From: Puniceicoccaceae bacterium | Lineage (GTDB): Bacteria > Verrucomicrobiota > Verrucomicrobiia > Opitutales > Oceanipulchritudinaceae | Assembly: GCA_040830765.1 (NCBI GenBank) | Contig: JBFOMH010000011.1 | Span: 1-64,000 of the forward strand | Length of the DNA: 64,000 bases | Direction: 5' to 3' | Part shown: one piece after another, positions 27,607-36,582 of the stretch | Position numbering within the stretch: position 1 is the stretch's first letter | Layout of the letters: the number at the start of each line of letters is the position of its first letter | Notes under the pieces: generated by a model | Databases searched by the model: none | Seen by the model: the letters and a program-made list of their open reading frames with translations, nothing else | Told to the model about the DNA's origin: nothing | Position numbers and translations under genes: made by a program

Positions 27607-30420
27607 TCAACTGAAGTCCAGCCGGGAGCAGACGCTGGAAGGACCAGTCTCTCCGGGAAATTGCGCCCGGATCTGATAAGTTCCTGAGCCGAGCGGGATG
27701 GCACGGTAGTCAGCATCCAGGTCAATCGGCTCATCATCGAGACTGCCATTGATCAGTTTCATGGGAATGATTACGGTTGCTGAGCAATTGGCCGGAATAG
27801 AGATTTCCCAGTGGAAATCACCGTTCCCCAACTTCCATGCGCTGCTGGCTGTTCCGTAGGGAGTCTGGATGGCTGCTTCGGCGCTGTCGAGGAGCCCCAC
27901 CAGCTGTGGCTGGAAGAGGAGGCGTTTGAATCCGGGGCAGGCGGGATCACGCTGAACGCCACCAATGGTATTATGGAACCAATGGTCGAAACCGGACTGG
28001 AAGGGATGGCTGAGCGACTTGGTCGTGGTCTTCCGGACAGGGTCCCAGCGGCTCATGTTCTCCCAGATGGAAGTGGCGCCCTGGGAAAACATGTAGCGAT
28101 AGCTTGGGTACGCTTCCTTGTTGAACATTTCCAGGGCCACATCGCCATGACCGAAGTCGCTCAGGGCATGGTAGAGGAAACCGGATCCATGGGCCCCGAC
28201 ATTGAAGTGTCCATCATTACCGTGGACAATCTCCTCGGCCAGCCGGTCCGCAACGGCCTGTCGATGTTTCGGATCGACAACGCCATAAATCAGGGCCATG
28301 GCGTTTTCGGTCTGGCTGTTGAAGGTCATTGCCCGCTTGTGGAAATAGGCGTCGATGATAGCGAGGCGGATCTTTTCGGCCCGTTGCTCAAAGGTTGCCA
28401 CAAGCACATCGTCCTTGCCCAGTTCCCGGGCCATCGCGGCCATGGACTTGACCGCGAAGAAGTAGTGCATGGAAGCGGTTGTGGCAGGATGCGAGTTGAA
28501 GGGGCTGCCATCAACACGGGTAAATGAGAGCTCGAGGCTGGCTGGCTGGTCGCACCAGTCACCGAGTGCACCACTGACGATCCCATGGGGGGCGATCTCC
28601 TCGCCGAATTCAAGGTAGCGGACCATGTAGTCCCAGTGCTCCTCGACAAGACGCAAGTCTCCAGTGTACTGATACCGGTACCACGGGAGGAGGATTGTGC
28701 AGAGTCCCCAGTCGAAGGCCTCGAACATGCCGTTGCGTCGCCCGGGGGCAACGTTTCCCGGCAAGCCTCCAAGTAGCTCGGAAGAAGTGCGGATGTCCTC
28801 GATATACTTGCCGATGCTGGTCCCAATGTCCCAGTTGTGATAGACCATCTCGGCTGTGTTGTAGGCATCCAGCCAGCCACATTTCTCTCGGTGCGGGCAA
28901 TCGGCCGGCAAACCGACAAAGTTGGCCTCGTAGGTCCAGAGAATACACGCGTGGAGTTTGTTCAGGAACGGGTCAGAGCAGTGGAATTTCCCGGTGCGTT
29001 GGAAGTCCGTCCGGACTTGGTAGCCTGTGATGTCTGCTGCTTTGGGCGTCCTGGAGAGCCCCTCAATTTCGACATACTGGAATCCGTGGTAGGTAAAGCG
29101 AGGCTCGTAGGTTTCACGACCATTCCCGCCTGCTATGTAGCGATCCCATTGGTACACACCGACAGCGCGCCGGCCAATGCTGTGCCAGTCGAGCTCCTTT
29201 TCCGGGGTAACGATTTCGGTATAGCGAAGGTCGACGACGGTTCCTTCTGTCTCCTCGATGGTCAGGGAAATCCAGCCGGCGAAATTGATGCCCATGTCGA
29301 CGAGATAGACGCCGGGCCGGGTCTCAATGATGGACTTCGGGGATATCGTATCCACCTTGCGGGTGGGGGGTAATAGCTGGGACTCGAGCCGTTCAGGGAC
29401 AGGTTGATCCGGATCGGGCCCGGCAACAGGGCCCCATTCAAGGTCTTGTTCCGTTACCCGACCGTCGCAAACCTCGCCTGAATAGATATTGGCCTTTGCC
29501 AGCTGACTGGGAGCGGCTTCCCACTCTTCCCCTGTGGCAATGGTTTCGGTGGAGCCGTCCGTGTAGAGAATTTCCAGTTGGGCAAGGACAAGTGGCTTAC
29601 CGTACCGGAATGTTGGGTCGAAGAACCCATGGCTTTGCCCGTACCAACCCTCCGCAAGATGAATGCGGAGTTCGTGTTCCCCCTCCGGCAACCGTTCGTC
29701 AAGGATGTCGATGTTATACAGGGCCCGGATCTCATAGTCGGTCTGGGAAGGATCAAGGACCCGGTCGTTCAGTTTTTTTCCGTCGAGAAAGACCTCCGCA
29801 TAACCAAGGCAGGCGGTATAGAGTCTGGCTTTCCCCACGGGGCCCTTGATTAAAAATCGACGACGGAGCCAGGTCGCGGGCAAGGCAGCCTTGACGGTTT
29901 CGATCCTATCGGGCCTTTCGGCATTCGCCCGTTCATCAAGTTTGCGCTCCCGTTCGTACCCACCATCGCTGATGGGGCGATAGACAACCTTCTCACACCA
30001 GTCATGAACCAGCGGATCCTCCACCGGGACCTGCCTGGCGGAAGCAATCCAGGCTGCCTGCCAGTCGGCCGCTTCAGTCAGCCCCATCTCCCAGCTGGCT
30101 GGTTCCGCAGAGGTTGCCTGGTTGCCATGATTGTCCCAGACAGTAACGCGCCAATAGGCTACCATTCGGGAGGAGAGCGGTATCCCCTCATAAGGAACAA
30201 GATGGGATTGCTCACTTTCCACCCGGCCACTGTCCCAGAGGTCCGCTTTGCCCTCGGCGAGGTTTCCAGCAGAGCAGGCGACTTCAATCCGGTAGGCTTC
30301 CTGAATTGTATTTCCATGCCCGGCCAGTAGTTTCCAGCTGAGCCTTGGCGAACGCGTGTGAATGCCAATTGGCTGCCGGATATTCTCGCAGTAAAGGTCG
30401 TGGAGGGAGAAAGTGGGCAT
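27607..30420 (-). CDS. GH78 alpha-L-rhamnosidase, no signal peptide
   Basis: PRLSW, LWDSG, YHGFQYVE, DCPHREKCGW, GDW, GATSIWE, SHP. Confidence 0.88.
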   Translation of the reverse strand: MPTFSLHDLYCENIRQPIGIHTRSPRLSWKLLAGHGNTIQEAYRIEVACSAGNLAEGKADLWDSGRVESEQSHLVPYEGIPLSSRMVAYWRVTVWDNHGNQATSAEPASWEMGLTEAADWQAAWIASARQVPVEDPLVHDWCEKVVYRPISDGGYERERKLDERANAERPDRIETVKAALPATWLRRRFLIKGPVGKARLYTACLGYAEVFLDGKKLNDRVLDPSQTDYEIRALYNIDILDERLPEGEHELRIHLAEGWYGQSHGFFDPTFRYGKPLVLAQLEILYTDGSTETIATGEEWEAAPSQLAKANIYSGEVCDGRVTEQDLEWGPVAGPDPDQPVPERLESQLLPPTRKVDTISPKSIIETRPGVYLVDMGINFAGWISLTIEETEGTVVDLRYTEIVTPEKELDWHSIGRRAVGVYQWDRYIAGGNGRETYEPRFTYHGFQYVEIEGLSRTPKAADITGYQVRTDFQRTGKFHCSDPFLNKLHACILWTYEANFVGLPADCPHREKCGWLDAYNTAEMVYHNWDIGTSIGKYIEDIRTSSELLGGLPGNVAPGRRNGMFEAFDWGLCTILLPWYRYQYTGDLRLVEEHWDYMVRYLEFGEEIAPHGIVSGALGDWCDQPASLELSFTRVDGSPFNSHPATTASMHYFFAVKSMAAMARELGKDDVLVATFEQRAEKIRLAIIDAYFHKRAMTFNSQTENAMALIYGVVDPKHRQAVADRLAEEIVHGNDGHFNVGAHGSGFLYHALSDFGHGDVALEMFNKEAYPSYRYMFSQGATSIWENMSRWDPVRKTTTKSLSHPFQSGFDHWFHNTIGGVQRDPACPGFKRLLFQPQLVGLLDSAEAAIQTPYGTASSAWKLGNGDFHWEISIPANCSATVIIPMKLINGSLDDEPIDLDADYRAIPLGSGTYQIRAQFPGETGPSSVCSRLDFS

Positions 30421-30700
30421 GAGGCTTTTACGTGAGATGTTTGAATTTGGGTAACTTGGGAGCTTTTTACTGATTCGCCGGCGCTGAAAAGGGTCATTCT
30501 ATTCCATGCCTGTGGTACAGTTCCGTAAATGCGGATATTCTCCTAAGTGTAGGAATACGAGTCGGGAGAGGCAGGGAAATTCGAAAATGTACATCTTTAT
30601 CCGGATTAATCGGGTTGAGGAGTTGATGTGGATGGTTTCTTTTTGAACAACTGAAGGGAGCTTTTAAGTAGAAGTTCATAAATCCAAGAATAAGAATATC

Positions 30701-33700
30701 ATGACTCACAACAGGATACTATTGTGCAGCTCAGCGGTTTTTCTGTTAGCCATAAGCCTTTCACAGGCCCAGTCACCAGCGGAATTTAGCGACCCATCCC
30801 GGGACTACCATCCCAAGACCTGGATGCATGCCATGAACGGAAACCTAGGCAGGGAAGGATTTGACAAGGACTTCGAGGCATTGGCCGATGCTGGCATCGG
30901 CGGGGCCATCCTCTTTCATGTCGACCGTGGATTAACCCCGAAGGGACCTGTCTCCTTCGGGAGTGAGAAATTCATCGACACGCTTGTGCATGCGGTGGGC
31001 GCTGCTGAAGAGGCAGGGATTGAGATGGGCCTGCACAACTGCGATGGCTGGTCTTCCAGTGGGGGTCCATGGATCACTCCGGAGTTATCGATGAAGCGGA
31101 TAACCTGGCTGGAGGAAACCGTGCCTGGTGATCGCCTTTGGCGGCCCGGGGTCCCCCTCCACCTACACGGCTTCTACCGCGACATCGCGGTGCTGGCCTG
31201 GCCCGCTACCGTTTACGACCGGGAGGATGCATTTGAGACAATGCGATTGTCTTCCTCCGTCGATGCGGATCCGGCCGTGCTGCTGGACAATGACTGGGAT
31301 AACGGCCTCGAGCTGGAACCTGATGGGCAAGGATTAATCTGGATCCAGATCGACCTTGAGGAGCCGGGCAAACTGCATGCTCTGCAGATTGAGGCGAAGG
31401 GGCACCGTTCCTGCCAGGGGGAACTACAGGTTTCCAGTGACGGAAAGAGCTTCCGGACTGTTGAGACATTGAGTTCCAACATGATTGCCAATACCAAGAC
31501 CTGGAGCTACAGCCCTTCCTTTGAGGCGGTTGAGGCCAAGCACTTTCGCATTACATTTTCGATACCGGTTGCAGTGCATCGACTTGAACTTTGGCCCAGT
31601 CCGAGGGCCAAGGGCTGGATTCCTTCCACCTCGATGGCGCGGGGCACTCCAAATCTGCTGCCCACGGTTCCCGGGGATGCGATCATCAATCGGGAGGACC
31701 TCGTGGTCCTTAACCGGGGTACATTGCCCGGGGAAGGAATTCAAATCCCGAAGGGCATTTGGCGGGTTGTCCGCTTCGGCTACACGACAACGGGTGCTAC
31801 CAATACGCCAGCTAGCTCAACGGGACACGGCCTGGAATGTGACAAGCTGGATAAGGAAACATTTCGATTCCACTTCGAGCAATATGTCGGAAAAGTGGCC
31901 CGGGCAGCTGCAGAAAGGGGCTATACAGGATTAAAGTTCAGCGAGATAGACAGTTACGAGGTGGGGGGGCAGAACTGGACTGAAGACCTCGATCGGGCCT
32001 TCGAGTCCCGGTACGGGTATGATTTCATTCCCTGGTTACCGCTTGTCACCGGACGGGTCGTCGAGTCGCCTGAACACAGCGGGGCAGTTCTTCAGGAATT
32101 CCGAAAGCTGATCGCCGATCTGATGGCGGAAAACTATTTCGGGGCCTTCACCGAACTATGCCACCAGTATGGCATGGAATCCTACATTGAGCCATACGGG
32201 ATTGGTCCCTTTGACGAGTTGAAGACCGGTGGAATGGCCGACCGGACGATGGGCGAATTCTGGGTCCGCGAGGGTCCTTACCGCGGTCGCCTGCCATCCG
32301 CAGTCTCCTCAGCCCGCATATACGGGAAAGAAATCATCTCCGCCGAGGCCTATACTTCCTTGCCGGAACTGAATTGGCGGGGTTATCCGTATCACTTCAA
32401 GCAATTCGGCGACCATGTCTGGTCACAGGGGATCAACGAAATGATGTTTCACCGCTACGCCCATCAGCCGAACACTCATGTCGTTCCCGGCGCGACCATG
32501 GATCGCATTGGTTCCCACATCGACCGGACGCAGACCTGGTGGAGCAATGGGGGGGTAGCCTGGTTTAACTACCTTGCACGCGGTTCCTACTTGTTGCGGC
32601 AGGGAGTCCCGGAGTCGGAGTTCCTTGTCCATCTCGGGGATGTTTCGCCCATCGGAATTCCTAATCCTAACTTCACCAATGTACCGCACGGTTTCAACTA
32701 CGACTACTGCAATTCGGATGTCCTGATTAACCGGATACATGTTTCTGACGGATGGCTTGTCCTGCCGGAAGGAACACGCTACCGTGCGCTCTATCTTCAC
32801 GACAGTGAGCACCTCGAGGTGGAGACGGTGCAACGAATCCGGGAACTGATTGAGCAGGGTGCCACGATCATTGGAAGGAAGCCGTTGGCTCCCATTGGAT
32901 ACAGTCAATGGAAGTACCGTGAGGCATTTAATGAGGCGGTAGCTGCTGTTTGGGGAGATGGTGAAGAAGCGATACGGTCCGTCGGCAAGGGTAAGGTCTG
33001 CACGCTCCCGATCGGCCAGGCGGTTGAGTCACTCAGCTACGAGGAGGATCTCCGCATCGACGGTACTCCCGTTGAATTTTTCTCCCACCGGCGGATCGGG
33101 AAGAATGACCTTTATTATTTCTACAACCGTTCACCGGAATTCATGGATGTTGAGGTTGATATTCGTGACGGTGATGGGCAGCCGGAGCTATGGGATGTTG
33201 ATACCGGAAAGGTTGAACCGTTGACTCACTACACTCGAAAGGGGAAGAGACTGTTGGCTTCGATGCGGTTGGAGCCCCATGCTGTCCGCTTTGTCCTGAT
33301 TCGTCGGGATGGAGAATTGCCGCTCTACAATGGCGGACTAAGCGCTCTGCTTGATGCTGTGTACGGCAAGAAGGGCAAGGAATTACAAGGATCCTGGGTG
33401 GCGGACTTTGATCCGGCATGGGGTGGCCCGGGAACAGTGATTCTTGATGAACTCATTGACTGGACCCGACACGCGGAGACGGGAATCAGGCATTATTCCG
33501 GGACCGTCCGCTATACCAAGGAGATTGAACTGACTCCCGGACAAGCTGATTCGGGCAGCCCCGTTTATTTGGATCTCGGGGATGTGCTGTATGTTGCTGA
33601 GGTGACAGTGAACGGGAGTAAACTGGCCACCCTTTGGAAACCCCCGTTCGCGCTGGATGTCAGCCAGGCATTGCAAGCAGGAAAGAATGTCATCGAGGTG

Positions 33701-33940
33701 GAAATCACGAACACCTGGACGAATCGCCTGATTGGCGACGAAGCGTTGGAAGATACCAGCGGGTACAGTCTCGAAGGGGACATGGTGGAGTGGTTCGCCA
33801 ATAACGAACCGCCTCCGGAAAGTGATCGGGTCACCTTCACGACCTACAACTTTTACGAGAACGAAGTGGACCGGGTCCTTCAACCCTCCGGGCTTATTGG
33901 ACCGGTTCGGCTGATTGAGTCGAGCTGGACTGAAAGGTGA
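30701..33940 (+). CDS. GH106 alpha-L-rhamnosidase, secreted
   Basis: GWSSSGGPWI, GLECDK, IDSYE, GEFW, SAEAYT, LDLG.V...AEV, PSGLIGPV. Confidence 0.88.
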   Translation: MTHNRILLCSSAVFLLAISLSQAQSPAEFSDPSRDYHPKTWMHAMNGNLGREGFDKDFEALADAGIGGAILFHVDRGLTPKGPVSFGSEKFIDTLVHAVGAAEEAGIEMGLHNCDGWSSSGGPWITPELSMKRITWLEETVPGDRLWRPGVPLHLHGFYRDIAVLAWPATVYDREDAFETMRLSSSVDADPAVLLDNDWDNGLELEPDGQGLIWIQIDLEEPGKLHALQIEAKGHRSCQGELQVSSDGKSFRTVETLSSNMIANTKTWSYSPSFEAVEAKHFRITFSIPVAVHRLELWPSPRAKGWIPSTSMARGTPNLLPTVPGDAIINREDLVVLNRGTLPGEGIQIPKGIWRVVRFGYTTTGATNTPASSTGHGLECDKLDKETFRFHFEQYVGKVARAAAERGYTGLKFSEIDSYEVGGQNWTEDLDRAFESRYGYDFIPWLPLVTGRVVESPEHSGAVLQEFRKLIADLMAENYFGAFTELCHQYGMESYIEPYGIGPFDELKTGGMADRTMGEFWVREGPYRGRLPSAVSSARIYGKEIISAEAYTSLPELNWRGYPYHFKQFGDHVWSQGINEMMFHRYAHQPNTHVVPGATMDRIGSHIDRTQTWWSNGGVAWFNYLARGSYLLRQGVPESEFLVHLGDVSPIGIPNPNFTNVPHGFNYDYCNSDVLINRIHVSDGWLVLPEGTRYRALYLHDSEHLEVETVQRIRELIEQGATIIGRKPLAPIGYSQWKYREAFNEAVAAVWGDGEEAIRSVGKGKVCTLPIGQAVESLSYEEDLRIDGTPVEFFSHRRIGKNDLYYFYNRSPEFMDVEVDIRDGDGQPELWDVDTGKVEPLTHYTRKGKRLLASMRLEPHAVRFVLIRRDGELPLYNGGLSALLDAVYGKKGKELQGSWVADFDPAWGGPGTVILDELIDWTRHAETGIRHYSGTVRYTKEIELTPGQADSGSPVYLDLGDVLYVAEVTVNGSKLATLWKPPFALDVSQALQAGKNVIEVEITNTWTNRLIGDEALEDTSGYSLEGDMVEWFANNEPPPESDRVTFTTYNFYENEVDRVLQPSGLIGPVRLIESSWTER

Positions 33941-34105
33941 TCTACGAGCGTGGCGTGCTCCGGTTGGCCGGCCCTCATGCTGGGTTCACTTAAATTCTAC
34001 AGTGGAGAGGGATGTACTTTTGTTCTTTTATTAGTGGGAATGCTTTTGTTTTTAAATGCGACTTTCCCGGTGGGAAATATACCGTATAACCATACCTTTC
34101 CTGAA

Positions 34106-35575
34106 ATGAATTACCCAATCTGCAAAACTCCTGCCGAACCCTTCAAAACCGCTGCTTTCGGCATTCGCTTGCTGACAGGTTTTTTTACTGGGCTATCCCT
34201 CTTTCAGACGGGTTGTGCCAATCATGATGCAGTTGAATCCAGTGAGCCGGTCGAGATGGTGGATCATTTCGCCGATAATGCTTTTGGCAATCCTCTGGCA
34301 ATTGTTCAGCACCCCGCCGGCATTCATCACGAGGGCATCACCTACGTGTCCTACCAGGGGCCCCTCGAGGATCCCTACGTCGCCTCCTACAACCATGAGA
34401 CGGGCCAATGGAAAGGACCCTTCAAGGCCGGAACCAGCGCCATGGGCAAGGACCCTGATCGCAAGACGGACAACCATGGCAAGCCAACGATCCTGATTGA
34501 TGACCTTGGCTACATTCATGTCTTCTTCGGAGGGCATGGGGGGATTCCTGCTATTCACGGCGACAATCCCCTCGGCAATCATCATTACGGGGAAAACAAG
34601 CATGCGGTCTCCAAGCGTCCCCTGGACATCACGGAGTGGGAGGAACTGGATACGATCACGCCCTTCGGCACCTACAACCAGGCCATCAAGATGGACAACG
34701 GGGATATTTACCTCTTTTACCGCCATGGGGCCCACCGCAGCGACTGGGTCTACCAGAAGTCGACCGATCATGGACGTACCTTTGATCCGCCTGTGTCTTT
34801 CCTCAAGCACAAGCGGCGGAACGATCTGGCAGCCGTCGACAGCTGGTATATGTGGGCCACCCGGGGTGAGGGTAACGACATTATTGTCAGCTACGACTAC
34901 CACCTTTGCTGGGATGCTGATGGGGCGCCGGATGAGCGTGGCCATACCACCGAGCGGCACGACGTTTACTTCATGATTTTTGACACCGCTACTGGCATCT
35001 GGCGCAACATCGAAGGCGAGGAACTGGCGATGCCTATCATCCGTGAATACGCTGACGAAATCACCCTCGTGGCCCGGACAGGTGAGCGCTGGACTTTCAA
35101 CGGATCAACCCACCTCGACTCCGAAGGCCACCCGCACATCGCCATGAATATCGGAGAGGACATTGGCTTGAAGACCGGTGGGCCGAAGCAGACCAGTCAT
35201 TACCGCTGGACCGGTTCTGAGTGGATTGGCGGCAATGCGGTCAATAGCGAAGTCGAGGAATCCCGGGGCGATTTTCTGGTTGGATCTCCTGGCGACATCC
35301 AGTTTCTCCTCGGTTACCGCGGAGCATCCGGAGACGGTGTGGTTGCCTGGTGGAGGAGCACGGATGGTGGAAAAACCTTCAACAAGGGAGAGGAGCTCCT
35401 GCGCCGTGAAAATGCCGGCTGGGCAGTGACCTCGCTTATCAAGAATGCCCATCCGGATGCGCGGGTCATCGTTGCGGAGAAGCCTCCCGGAACCGATTGG
35501 AGGCGGGTTTACCTGCTTGGTGACAAGGGCCCGGTGCAGCGCCCACTGGCCGAGATCCGGACCCTTGGGAACTAG
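34106..35575 (+). CDS. PL25 ulvan lyase-like lipoprotein (BNR-4 beta-propeller)
   Basis: Lipobox-like QTGC; GNPLAIVQHPAG, DNHGKPT, GGHGG, FGTYNQ, RHGAHRSDW match my recollection of characterised PL25 ulvan lyases. Confidence 0.85.
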   Translation: MNYPICKTPAEPFKTAAFGIRLLTGFFTGLSLFQTGCANHDAVESSEPVEMVDHFADNAFGNPLAIVQHPAGIHHEGITYVSYQGPLEDPYVASYNHETGQWKGPFKAGTSAMGKDPDRKTDNHGKPTILIDDLGYIHVFFGGHGGIPAIHGDNPLGNHHYGENKHAVSKRPLDITEWEELDTITPFGTYNQAIKMDNGDIYLFYRHGAHRSDWVYQKSTDHGRTFDPPVSFLKHKRRNDLAAVDSWYMWATRGEGNDIIVSYDYHLCWDADGAPDERGHTTERHDVYFMIFDTATGIWRNIEGEELAMPIIREYADEITLVARTGERWTFNGSTHLDSEGHPHIAMNIGEDIGLKTGGPKQTSHYRWTGSEWIGGNAVNSEVEESRGDFLVGSPGDIQFLLGYRGASGDGVVAWWRSTDGGKTFNKGEELLRRENAGWAVTSLIKNAHPDARVIVAEKPPGTDWRRVYLLGDKGPVQRPLAEIRTLGN

Positions 35576-35662
35576 AACTGGAGCCATGCGGCAAACGGTC
35601 TCGAAACAAGTACCTTGTCTTCGTCGCTGGAATTGTCAGTATCTGACGCAACGCCGGGATTC

Positions 35663-36544
35663 ATGAAATACGAACGCCTTCTCCTGCTGATGCTGACTTG
35701 CCTGACAACAGGAACCAACGCCGAAGAGACGATCCCTGTAGACGGTATAGGCCACGTGGCGTTCGAGGTGGTTGATTTGGAGAAGTCACAGGCCTTCTAC
35801 ACCAAACATTACGGGTTCCTGTTCGCCTTCAGCGTCGATGAGGGACCGGAAGCAAGGTATCTGAAAATCAATGATGACCAGTTCCTGAAGCTTGTTGGGA
35901 AGCCGGAGGGAACGGATGATGACAGGCTGGTCGAGGTGGCCTTCGAGGTTTCTGATCTTGAAGCAACCGTCACTTTGCTGCGGGCAAGGGGATTGAACCC
36001 GGGGCCTGTCAGGCGGAGGGCCGATGGCACATTGGCAAGCGTCCTCAGCGACCCCGAGGGCCATCGCCTGGTATTCGTCGAGTACGTTGATGGATCAGAG
36101 CAGGTTCTTGCTCGTGGTAAGCACCTGGGCGCGAACCGTGTAAGTGAGCGTCTCTGGCATGTTGGACTGACCATATCCGATGAAGCCGTGGCCAACGCCT
36201 TCTACCGAGATAAACTAGGCTTCGAGGAAGTCTGGCGAGCTTCCCGGACAGATGGCGGCCCGGATGCCTGGGTCAACATGCAGATACCGGGTGAGCGGGG
36301 CGACTACATTGAATACATCCTTCTCAACGGCACGACGCCTGATCGCCAGCGTCTGGGGACGATGCACCATGTTTGCTACATGATTGACGACATTGGGGAA
36401 GCCCATGCCCATCTGCTCTGCAATGGTTTGGCCGACCTCAAAAAGTACGAGCCGAGGATTGGACGTAATCAGCGTTGGTTGCTCAATGTGCACGACCCCG
36501 ATGGGACACGCAGTGAGTTGATGGAAAACAGGCTAGCGGACTGA
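35663..36544 (+). CDS. Secreted two-domain VOC/glyoxalase-fold protein
   Basis: Signal peptide; GHVAF..DLEKS..FY, DPEG..L..VE; HVGL, HHVC, DPDG..SE. Confidence 0.8.
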   Translation: MKYERLLLLMLTCLTTGTNAEETIPVDGIGHVAFEVVDLEKSQAFYTKHYGFLFAFSVDEGPEARYLKINDDQFLKLVGKPEGTDDDRLVEVAFEVSDLEATVTLLRARGLNPGPVRRRADGTLASVLSDPEGHRLVFVEYVDGSEQVLARGKHLGANRVSERLWHVGLTISDEAVANAFYRDKLGFEEVWRASRTDGGPDAWVNMQIPGERGDYIEYILLNGTTPDRQRLGTMHHVCYMIDDIGEAHAHLLCNGLADLKKYEPRIGRNQRWLLNVHDPDGTRSELMENRLAD

Positions 36545-36582
36545 AATTTCCGTGATTGCCTGCGGTGATCGGCGTATTCCTG

